Assembly: GCA_036268355.1 (NCBI GenBank)
Contig: DATAUG010000261.1
Location: forward strand, 9,092 to 73,091
Reading direction: 5' to 3'
From: Sporichthyaceae bacterium
GTDB taxonomy: Bacteria > Actinomycetota > Actinomycetes > Sporichthyales > Sporichthyaceae
Length of the DNA stretch: 64,000 nucleotides
The notes under the pieces were generated by a model that saw only the letters and a list, made by a program, of their open reading frames with translations, was not told the origin of the DNA and searched no databases. Position numbers and translations under genes: made by a program. Positions within the stretch are counted from its first letter, which is position 1, and every line of letters begins with the position of its first letter. Positions 56,684 through 64,000 of this stretch are shown in pieces.

Positions 56684-57987
56684 AGCCACGATCGACGGAC
56701 GCGGCGGTGATTCCGGCACAGCCGGACCGACGTCGAACTGTCGCACCCGTGCCGCGGCTGAACGCCGGCCGGATCGTCATCGCGGGCATCAACTACTGGC
56801 CTGAACCGACCGGCATCGGGCCCTACACCACCGAGTTGGCCGAGTACCTGGCTGCGCGGGCGCAGTCGGTCGAGGTACTCACCGGCTTGCCGTCCTATCC
56901 CGAGTGGACCGTGCCGCCGGCCTACCGCCGCGGGATGCGTTTCCACGAGCGACGTGGCGGTGTGGCGATCACCCGGGTCAAGCACTACGTCCCGAGCACC
57001 CAGGACGTCGCGCGCCGTGGTCTCTACGAACTGTCGTTCGTGGCCAACGCATTGGCGGCGCCGACAACCACTCGTCCCAACCTGGTGATCGGAGTGTCCC
57101 CGGCCCTCGGTGGTGCGGTGGCCGCCGCAGCCCTGGCGGCGCGCACCAAGGCCCGCCTCGTGGTGATCGTCCAGGATCTGGTGGGCGCGGCGGCCGATCA
57201 GAGCGGTATCGGAGGCGGTCGCGGTGTCGCGGGAACGGTCAGCCGAATGGAGGGCGCGGTGCTTCGACGCGCCTGCGCCGTCGTGGTGGTCAGCGACGCG
57301 TTCCGAGCCCGTCTGGACCACTACGGGGTGATCTCCTCGAAGGTGCACGTGGTGCCGAACTGGTCACGCGTCGGGCGGCCGCCCGGTGACCGCGCGGCTA
57401 TGCGGGCCCGGCTCGGGTGGGGACCGGACGTCACGATCGCCCTGCACGCCGGAAACATGGGACTCAAACAGGGACTGGAGAACGTCATTGCGGCCGCGCG
57501 ACTGACGCAAGCCGACCCGAACCTCCGCTGGGTGCTGATGGGCGAAGGTTCCCAACGCTCGCAATTGTGGCGCGCGGCCGCCGGAATGCCGAACCTGCAG
57601 TTCCTGCCGCTCTGCCAAGCCGCCGACTACCCCGCGGTGCTGGACGCCGCCGACATTCTGCTGCTCAACGAACGTGGCAGCGTGCACGAGATGAGCTTGC
57701 CCAGCAAGCTGACCAGCTACTTCGCCAGCGGCCGCCCGGTGGCGGCGGCGGTCCGGTCGGACGGAGCGGCGGCCACCGAACTCGCCCGGGCCGGGGCACC
57801 CGCCCCGGTCCCGCCCGGCGAGCCGGCCCAGTTGGTGCGACTGGTGCGTGAACTCGCCGCGATCGCGGACCGTAGCGCGGCGTACGGACGCCAGGCGCGG
57901 GCATACGCCGATCGGAACCTTGGCCACGAGCAGGCGATGCTGCGGATGGAAGCTGTCCTCTGCGGCCGTGCCACCGTGGCGATCTGA
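56680..57987 (+). CDS. GT4 glycosyltransferase, WcaI/WbuB type
   Basis: INYWPEPTGIGPYTTELAEYL is the WcaI/WbuB N-terminal signature, with a C-terminal E..S.PSKL motif. GTG 56680 overlaps the fcl TGA (GTGA); GTG 56749 is the alternative. Confidence 0.85.
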   Translation: MKPRSTDAAVIPAQPDRRRTVAPVPRLNAGRIVIAGINYWPEPTGIGPYTTELAEYLAARAQSVEVLTGLPSYPEWTVPPAYRRGMRFHERRGGVAITRVKHYVPSTQDVARRGLYELSFVANALAAPTTTRPNLVIGVSPALGGAVAAAALAARTKARLVVIVQDLVGAAADQSGIGGGRGVAGTVSRMEGAVLRRACAVVVVSDAFRARLDHYGVISSKVHVVPNWSRVGRPPGDRAAMRARLGWGPDVTIALHAGNMGLKQGLENVIAAARLTQADPNLRWVLMGEGSQRSQLWRAAAGMPNLQFLPLCQAADYPAVLDAADILLLNERGSVHEMSLPSKLTSYFASGRPVAAAVRSDGAAATELARAGAPAPVPPGEPAQLVRLVRELAAIADRSAAYGRQARAYADRNLGHEQAMLRMEAVLCGRATVAI

Positions 57988-58006
57988 CGCTGGGTCGGGG
58001 ACCGTG

Positions 58007-59848
58007 ATGGGCGTTGCATCTCACCTCGGCCGGCGGTCACCGTCGGTCGGGACACGCGGCCGCATCCCACATCAACAGCGCACCCCCTGCCGAATTCCGG
58101 GCGGGGGGCGCGGGCGGCGGGTACGGACACCGCTGCTGTCGGCTGCCGCGTTGCTGACCGCAGGCACAGCCTGGATCGGTGTCACGGCATTTCTCGGGCG
58201 CCACGAATTGGAGGTGGCGCGCGCGGAATCGGAGCAGTTGCGTACGCAGCTGTCCGCCGGTCAACTGACCTCGGCTCGTGCCACCGCCGCCGGCCTCCAC
58301 CGGCACACCTGGCGGGCACAGGCGTTGACGGCCGGGCCCGCCTGGGCCCTGGGGGCGCACGTGCCGATCCTGGGACGCCCGTTGGTGGTGGCTCGTGGGC
58401 TGGCGCAGGCGAGCGAGGAGTTGGCCGGACGCGCGATCCCGCAGGCGATCGCCGCCGCGACCCGGATCGGACCGGGTCGGCTGCGCTCGGCCGACGGTCG
58501 GATCGATCTGGCCACCCTGCGTCAGGTCGAGCCGGCCGTCGAAGCGGTGGCGGCATCGGTCCGCCGGGCGGCGGCCATCACCGAGTCGTTGCCGCCGCAG
58601 ACCTGGCTGCACCCGCTGGACCGGGCCGCAGCGACGGCGCAGATCGAGGTCGGCAAACTGAGGCGGGTCGCGACCCAGGCGGTGACTGTCAGCCGGATCC
58701 TGCCGACCCTGTTCGGCGAGGGCCATCCCCGTACCTATTTCGTCGCATTCCAGAACGATGCCGAGGCGCGGGGAACCGGCGGTCTTCCGGGAGCGTTCGC
58801 GATCCTCCAGGCGACCGACGGTCGGCTGGAGTTCAAGAATTTCTACCCGGACACCGAACTCGCCGGAGTCAGCGCTGATGTGAATCTGGGTGAGGCGTAC
58901 GACACGCTGTGGGGAAAAGGGGTCACCGAGAACATTTACGTGAACAGCAACATAAGCCCCCATTTCCCGGATGCGGCACGTATCTGGGCAGCAATGTGGC
59001 GGCAGAAGACCGGGCAGGTCGTGGATGGTGCACTGGCCCTGGATCCGGAGACCCTGAGCTACCTGCTCGCGGTCACCGGCCCGGCCGCCCTGCCGGACGG
59101 GGAGCAGGTCACGGCAGCAAACGTGGTGGAGCTGACGCAGAACTCCAGCTACTTGAGATTCGGCGCGGACAGCGCCGGTCGTAAGCAGTATCTGATCGAT
59201 GTGGCACGTGTGGTGGCCCAGAAGTTGACCGCGGCGCACGGTGCGGAGGCAGGTCTCCTGGAGGCCGTCGTCCGCGCCGCCGGTGCGCGCCGCCTGATGC
59301 TGTGGAGCGCCGACCCGGCCTTGCAGGCCGACATCGAACGACTGCCGGTCTCCGGTTCGGTGCCCCAGACAACGGCTCCTTATGCGGCGCTGACCGTCAT
59401 CAATGACGGAGGCAACAAGCTCGACTACTACCTCGACAGGTCATTGCGTTGGGAGGCCACCACCTGCGGCGCGACCCGCGCGGTGACGGTCACCGTAGAA
59501 CTTCGTAATTCCGTGCCGGCCGACATCTCCAGTCCGTGGATAACTGCCCGCAGTGACCACCCGGAATATCCGGTTCGGCCCGGCGACAATCGGGTGCTGG
59601 TCTACTACGCGGCGACGGACGGCGCGCAGCTCGTATCGGCCACCCTGGACGGCCACCGGCAGTTCATCGGTTCGGGGATCGAACGGGGTCATCCGGTGTT
59701 CAGCCTCGACGTCGAACTGCCCCGGATGCAGGCCCGTCGAATCGTCCTGAACCTGCTCGAACCGGCCGGTCCGGACACCCCGATCGTGCCCGAGCAGCCC
59801 CTGGTACGGCCGATGCAAATCAGCCTCGCCCAACACCGTTGCGAGTGA
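58007..59848 (+). CDS. DUF4012 domain protein (actinobacterial EPS-cluster associated, N-terminal TMS)
   Basis: ..PRTYFVAFQNDAEARGTGGLPGAFAILQATDGRLEF.. is the DUF4012 core as I recall it. Start is ATG 58007 or GTG 58004. Confidence 0.72.
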   Translation: MGVASHLGRRSPSVGTRGRIPHQQRTPCRIPGGGRGRRVRTPLLSAAALLTAGTAWIGVTAFLGRHELEVARAESEQLRTQLSAGQLTSARATAAGLHRHTWRAQALTAGPAWALGAHVPILGRPLVVARGLAQASEELAGRAIPQAIAAATRIGPGRLRSADGRIDLATLRQVEPAVEAVAASVRRAAAITESLPPQTWLHPLDRAAATAQIEVGKLRRVATQAVTVSRILPTLFGEGHPRTYFVAFQNDAEARGTGGLPGAFAILQATDGRLEFKNFYPDTELAGVSADVNLGEAYDTLWGKGVTENIYVNSNISPHFPDAARIWAAMWRQKTGQVVDGALALDPETLSYLLAVTGPAALPDGEQVTAANVVELTQNSSYLRFGADSAGRKQYLIDVARVVAQKLTAAHGAEAGLLEAVVRAAGARRLMLWSADPALQADIERLPVSGSVPQTTAPYAALTVINDGGNKLDYYLDRSLRWEATTCGATRAVTVTVELRNSVPADISSPWITARSDHPEYPVRPGDNRVLVYYAATDGAQLVSATLDGHRQFIGSGIERGHPVFSLDVELPRMQARRIVLNLLEPAGPDTPIVPEQPLVRPMQISLAQHRCE

Positions 59849-59878
59849 ATTCTGCCGCGCAACAATCGTGCAGAATTC
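59847..59878 (+). terminator. Stem-loop overlapping the DUF4012 stop (9-bp stem GAATTCTGC/GCAGAATTC)
   Basis: Read directly. It opens a 250-bp AT-richer intergenic region ahead of the priming transferase gene. Confidence 0.3.
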
Positions 59879-60099
59879 ATGTCCTGCGCGGCATTTCAGC
59901 TGTACCGCCGGCAGTGACCGGGTCAAGGCATTGGGCCATTCGACGGAAGCCGCGACAAGTTTCAGTATTGGGCAAACTTCAGCCCGCGGTTGCGCTTGAA
60001 TTCTGCTGCTGGTGAATACATTGTCGGTTTGGGTATCCGGGCCGGACGTGCGGGATGCGGCGGCAACAGCGCGTGGTGTGACGGTGTCAGGGGGGCACA

Positions 60100-61665
60100 G
60101 TGACGCAGGAACGTGCGATGGATTCGGATCTTTCCGACACTGCGCACTCCACGCTGCCGGCACCACGGCGCCCCAGAATTGTGCCCGCGCCTTCCGGCAC
60201 TTTCACCGCAGAAGCCCACGATCCGGCCGAGGCGGTGGGACGTCCGGGCCTGGGCGCTGCCGTGCCGCGGCGACTGGACTGGCGGCGCCGCGGCCGCGCC
60301 CTGGCGCTGCTGTGCGACATCGGCTCAGCCGTCGTGGCGCTGGGCGTCACTCGTTCGGTGGATCCGGAGGGGCCCACGGGCGGTTGGGCGGTCTTCGGGC
60401 TTCCGCTGGTCGTTGCCTGGGTCGGCCTGATCGGGGTGAACCGGGGTTATCGATTGAGTTCGGTCGGCTCCGGGACCGTGGAGTGGCGCGGCGTGCTCAG
60501 CGCCGGGGTGCAACTCCTGGGCTCGGTCGCGTTGCTCTCGGTCAGCATCGACCGGCAGGCGGGCGCCGACCTTGTCGGAATGGTTCCGCTGCTGGTCGTC
60601 CTGAGTCTGGCTGCGCGTTGGGTCCAGTCACGAGGAGTGCGCCGGGCATGGGCCCGGGGTCATCGCCTGCGGCGTGCGGTGCTGATCGGCTCGTCCGAGG
60701 CGGTCGCCGCGGATTGTCGGCGGCTGGCCGCGGAGACCGACCACGGGATCATGGCCGTGGGTGCCTGCCTGACCGGGTCGCCGCGCGACCTGGGCGGTAT
60801 CCCGGTCGGCTGCTTGCCGGAATCCATCGACGAGATCACCGAGCTGCACTCGATGGTCGGGGCCACCGCGGCGGATCTGGTCGTGGTGCTGCCCAGCGCC
60901 GGAATTGCGGGCGACGAATTGCGACGCCTGGCCTGGCGGCTGGAGTCGATCGGAGTGGAGCTCCTGCTGTGCGCCGGGATCATCGAGACGGTCCGGCACC
61001 GGGTCACGATCCGGTCGGTCGGGCATGCGCCGCTGTTCCATGTGTCGCCGGCGCGATTGTCCGGGCCGTCCCGGCTCATGAAGGGGGCCTTCGATCGGAT
61101 CGGGGCGGCGGTCGGCCTGATCGTGGCGGGTCCGCTGTTGATCCTCGTCGCGGTCGCCATCTGGTCCACCGACGGCGCGGCGCCGTTCTTCTGTCAGACC
61201 AGGATCGGTCGTGGCGGACGGCCGTTCCGGATCCTCAAGTTCCGCACCATGGTCGTCGATGCCGAGGAGCTCAAGGCCGAACTGCTCGGACTCAACGAGA
61301 GCGACGGCGCGCTCTTCAAGATTGCCGGCGATCCCCGGACCACGCCGATAGGCAAGGTGCTTCGGCGATACTCGATCGACGAGCTGCCACAGTTGATCAA
61401 CGTGCTGCGCGGCGAGATGTCGCTGGTGGGTCCGCGACCGCCGCTGCCGGAGGAGGTCGCGGCGTACTCCCCGGACATGCTTCGTCGGTTGCTCGTGAAG
61501 CCCGGCATGACCGGACTGTGGCAGGTCAGCGGCCGCTCCACGCTCTCCTGGGCGCAGACCGAGATCCTCGACCTTCGCTACGTCGAGAACTGGTCGTTGG
61601 CGTTCGACCTGATGATCCTGGCCCGCACCGCCCGCGCGGTCATCGGCGGTTCGGGAGCCTGTTGA
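60100..61665 (+). CDS. Polyprenyl-phosphate glycosyl-1-phosphate transferase (WbaP/CpsE-type priming sugar transferase)
   Basis: 521 aa with N-terminal TMS block and the C-terminal bacterial sugar transferase domain KRAFD-like KGAFDRIGA, RPFRILKFRTM, DELPQLINVLRGEMSLVGPRP. Confidence 0.9.
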   Translation: MTQERAMDSDLSDTAHSTLPAPRRPRIVPAPSGTFTAEAHDPAEAVGRPGLGAAVPRRLDWRRRGRALALLCDIGSAVVALGVTRSVDPEGPTGGWAVFGLPLVVAWVGLIGVNRGYRLSSVGSGTVEWRGVLSAGVQLLGSVALLSVSIDRQAGADLVGMVPLLVVLSLAARWVQSRGVRRAWARGHRLRRAVLIGSSEAVAADCRRLAAETDHGIMAVGACLTGSPRDLGGIPVGCLPESIDEITELHSMVGATAADLVVVLPSAGIAGDELRRLAWRLESIGVELLLCAGIIETVRHRVTIRSVGHAPLFHVSPARLSGPSRLMKGAFDRIGAAVGLIVAGPLLILVAVAIWSTDGAAPFFCQTRIGRGGRPFRILKFRTMVVDAEELKAELLGLNESDGALFKIAGDPRTTPIGKVLRRYSIDELPQLINVLRGEMSLVGPRPPLPEEVAAYSPDMLRRLLVKPGMTGLWQVSGRSTLSWAQTEILDLRYVENWSLAFDLMILARTARAVIGGSGAC

Positions 61666-61666
61666 C

Positions 61667-62536
61667 ATGACGGTTCATCAGAAGATCGCCGAGCAGGTTC
61701 GGCGCCATGAAACGGCCTACTGCTGGGCCGTGAAGGCGGTGCACTGTTCGGCAGTCCGAACGGCCACCGGCCTGCCTGCCCGGCGTGCCGCTCGCAAGCA
61801 CCTGAGCGGTGGCGACGCCTTGATAGCCGACATACGTGCGCCGATGGGTATGGGGGGGATCCTCAGCTGGTCGGGGCGGGCGCTGGAAATGGCCGAACGG
61901 CTCCGCGCACCGGTCGGAGTGCGGTTCTCCGCTCCCACGTATCAGCCGGATGAGCCGGTCGCCGACTGGTTGGACTCCTACTTCGTCCGCACCCGGCCCT
62001 GCCCCCGGGCAGCCGCGGTGCTGTCGGCGAGCGCCCTGCCGCTGGCTCGGACCTGGCGGATCCCCGAATTGGCGCCGCGGGTCTGGGAATACCTGTCCAT
62101 CCGACCCGAAATGATCTGCCAGGCACGCGGCATCCCGTTCTCCGACTATGCCGCGGTACATTTCCGCGGCGGCGACAAGTACCTGGAGGCGCCTCGAGTG
62201 CCTTACGAGCTGGTGCTGCGGCGGGTCGAGGAACAGATGCGCCAGGACGGGCTGTACAAGTTGTTCGTCGCCAGCGATGAGCCGGGCTTCGTGGCGTTGG
62301 CCCGTGAGCACTTCGGGTCCGACTGCTGGTCGCTGCCCCTGCGGGCCGTCACGGTGGACGGTCGCCCGCCGCACTTCAGCGACATTCCCGGGCAGACCAA
62401 GGCCGAGGAGGCCTTGACCACGATGACCCTGCTGGCCGGTTCTCGGCTGTGCGTGCGTACCGAGTCGCTGATGTCCGAGTGGGCGATGACCCTTCCGGGT
62501 GACCGGCGCGTTGTTCTTGTCGGGCCGAACAGTTGA
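61667..62536 (+). CDS. Hypothetical protein with fucosyltransferase-superfamily-like motifs (GT11/GT23/GT65 type)
   Basis: 289 aa. AVHFRGGDKY (HxRxGD-like motif I), LFVASDEP (motif II-like) and ..LTTMTLLAGSRLCVRTESLMSEWA (motif III-like), in the order known for alpha-1,2/1,6-fucosyltransferases. Motif-level evidence only. Confidence 0.45.
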   Translation: MTVHQKIAEQVRRHETAYCWAVKAVHCSAVRTATGLPARRAARKHLSGGDALIADIRAPMGMGGILSWSGRALEMAERLRAPVGVRFSAPTYQPDEPVADWLDSYFVRTRPCPRAAAVLSASALPLARTWRIPELAPRVWEYLSIRPEMICQARGIPFSDYAAVHFRGGDKYLEAPRVPYELVLRRVEEQMRQDGLYKLFVASDEPGFVALAREHFGSDCWSLPLRAVTVDGRPPHFSDIPGQTKAEEALTTMTLLAGSRLCVRTESLMSEWAMTLPGDRRVVLVGPNS

Positions 62537-62551
62537 GAGGATGACCCGAAG

Positions 62552-63277
62552 ATGATGCGTGAAAAACTCCGCGGAACTCCCTGGTACGGCCCGTTGAAGA
62601 TTGCGCAGAACTCATTGCCTGCGCAGCGGGAGTTGAGAGCGCGGCGCCGGACGCTCTACCGCGAGTTCGTGGACCGCCGGTCGCTCTGCTTCGACATCGG
62701 CGCCAACATGGGAAACCGTACCGAGATATTTCTCGCGCTGGGTGCCCGTGTGGTGGCGCTGGAACCGCAGGCGGTATGCGTGCGCTCGCTGAAGTGCCGA
62801 TTCCCGATGACCGAACGGCTGGTCGTGATACCCATGGGTGTGGGTGCGGTCGCCGGCACCGCGACGTTGTACGAGTCGGTGGAGCACGTTCTTTCCACGC
62901 TGTCGTTGGAAACGGTGCGGAACCCGTTGAACGCGTCGCCGTTCGCCGCGAGCTACGACGTCGGGATCACCACCTTGGACGCCCTGATCGCGGTGTTCGG
63001 TATGCCGGACTTCGTGAAGATAGACGTCGAGGGTTACGAGCCGGAGGTCCTCCGGGGTCTGCACCAAGCGCCGCGGGCGCTGTCCGTTGAGTACAACCCG
63101 TCCAAGCTTCCGCAACTGGTCGAATGCCTGGGCCTGCTCGACGCCCTGGGTGATTACGAGTTCAGCTTCTCAGCCGGCGAGTCGATGGTCTTTGCCACCG
63201 GGTGGATGTCGGCGACCGAGATCGTGGGCACACTGCCCGGCAACGAGTTCGGCGATGTCTACGCCAGATTGCGCTAG
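62552..63277 (+). CDS. FkbM family methyltransferase
   Basis: 241 aa with CFDIGANMGNRTEIF, ALEPQ and DFVKIDVEGYEPEVL. Confidence 0.85.
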   Translation: MMREKLRGTPWYGPLKIAQNSLPAQRELRARRRTLYREFVDRRSLCFDIGANMGNRTEIFLALGARVVALEPQAVCVRSLKCRFPMTERLVVIPMGVGAVAGTATLYESVEHVLSTLSLETVRNPLNASPFAASYDVGITTLDALIAVFGMPDFVKIDVEGYEPEVLRGLHQAPRALSVEYNPSKLPQLVECLGLLDALGDYEFSFSAGESMVFATGWMSATEIVGTLPGNEFGDVYARLR

Positions 63278-63382
63278 CGCCCTCGGCGCCACCGGTCGCC
63301 CGGCCGCACGCATGGCGTAGCGGCCGATCCGCCCGCGGCTCGGGGAATTATGCTCGAGCTAAATCGGCCACGGGTGGGGACC

Positions 63383-63976
63383 ATGGGAAACGGTGAAGTC
63401 TGTCACGAGATCCCGGTGATAGACCTGTCAACCGCGCCGGGAGAACGAGCGGCGTGGGGCAGATCCGCATGGCTCGTCTATCTCTGGGCGTTCGTTGAAC
63501 TGCTCCTGGTCACCAACCCGTTGCAGATAAGTTCCCGCCTGCGCGTTACGGTCCTGCGCGTATTTGGTGCCGAGATCGGTTCCGGGGTTGTCTTTCGGCC
63601 CCGCACGCGGGTCAAGTTCCCTTGGAAATTGCACATCGGCGATCACACCTGGATCGGTGAGGGAGTGTGGTTCCACAATCAGGACCACATCCATCTGGGT
63701 CGAGACGTGGTCATCTCGCAGGACACGCTGCTGACCACGGGGAGCCATGCGCACCGGCGGGACATGGCACTGATCACCCGGCCCATCGCCATCGAGGACG
63801 GGGCGTGGATCACGTCGCGCTGCGTGGTACTCGGCGGTGCCCGGGTCGGTCGCAGCGCGCTGGCCCGGCCCCTGACGGTGGTCAGTGGCGAAGTGGCACC
63901 GAACACCGTGGTCGCGGGCCCGTTGTGCGCATCGGTCGGCCGCCGATTCCCGAACGTTCCGGGCCAACGCGCGTGA
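63383..63976 (+). CDS. Hexapeptide-repeat O-acetyltransferase, WcaF-like
   Basis: Collinear with E. coli WcaF as I recall it (..RVKFPWKLHIGDHTWIGEGVW......TGSH.......PI.I.DGAWI....VV.GG..VG). ATG 63383 after GGTGGGGA (ORF-track start is 63350). Confidence 0.85.
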   Translation: MGNGEVCHEIPVIDLSTAPGERAAWGRSAWLVYLWAFVELLLVTNPLQISSRLRVTVLRVFGAEIGSGVVFRPRTRVKFPWKLHIGDHTWIGEGVWFHNQDHIHLGRDVVISQDTLLTTGSHAHRRDMALITRPIAIEDGAWITSRCVVLGGARVGRSALARPLTVVSGEVAPNTVVAGPLCASVGRRFPNVPGQRA

Positions 63977-64000
63977 GAATCGCCCACGTCGTCACCTACG
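63973..64000 (+). CDS. 5' end of a further gene (VRIAHVVTY..., glycosyltransferase-like N-terminus), truncated by the window edge
   Basis: GTG 63973 overlaps the TGA of the acetyltransferase gene (GTGA). MRIAHV.-type N-termini are common in GT4 enzymes. Only 9 codons are visible. Confidence 0.3.

Noticed and set aside
59849-60099. AT-richer 250-bp spacer before the priming transferase as an insertion scar or att site
   Set aside because: No direct repeats, integrase, tRNA or element ends are detectable. Most simply it is the promoter/leader region of the downstream EPS genes.

Overview
High-GC actinobacterial (Actinomycetota) chromosomal DNA, densely coding: about 60 protein genes. I recognised no rRNA, tRNA, CRISPR array, transposase or integrase. 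Left to right: a triacylglycerol locus (PlsB-like 5' end, two tandem WS/DGAT paralogues, monoacylglycerol-lipase-like hydrolase); fprA; DedA; an Atu/Liu-like block (acyl-CoA synthetase, biotin-carboxylase alpha, carboxyltransferase beta, TetR, divergent AtuA); pta; NTF2/FMN-reductase/DinB-type genes; an acyl-CoA dehydrogenase; a solitary vsr; an MFS exporter with a fused C-terminal wHTH-like domain; the methylmalonyl-CoA mutase operon (2x ABM-like, mutA, mutB, meaB, RsbW-like kinase); SDR/Qor/MMPL/VOC genes. Then comes the conserved actinobacterial core block ppa / dacB / Zn-metalloprotease / tilS / hpt / ftsH / folE / folP / (extra NTF2-like gene) / folB / folK / DUF3180, in the order I recall for M. 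tuberculosis Rv3628..Rv3605c. After it are an Hsp70-like coiled-coil membrane protein and, from ~51.6 kb to the window edge, a visibly lower-GC Wzy-type exopolysaccharide or cell-wall glycan cluster. What the gene list does not explain are two families of short palindromic intergenic repeat elements. The first is a nested MITE/REP-like family with CACGTG-containing 17-19 bp inverted ends, in four copies. The second consists of arrays of the 13-bp palindrome GGGGTGACACCCC at two loci, including a 4 x 36-bp tandem array between mutB and meaB. There are also several very long hairpins and palindromes. I did not find a convincing new multi-gene system. The repeat families, some unusual domain fusions and the operon context of the mutase genes are the items most worth a second look. 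Many long ORFs in the track are GC-frame artefacts antisense to, or out of frame with, real genes. Gene starts were re-derived by hand and remain uncertain by a few codons.
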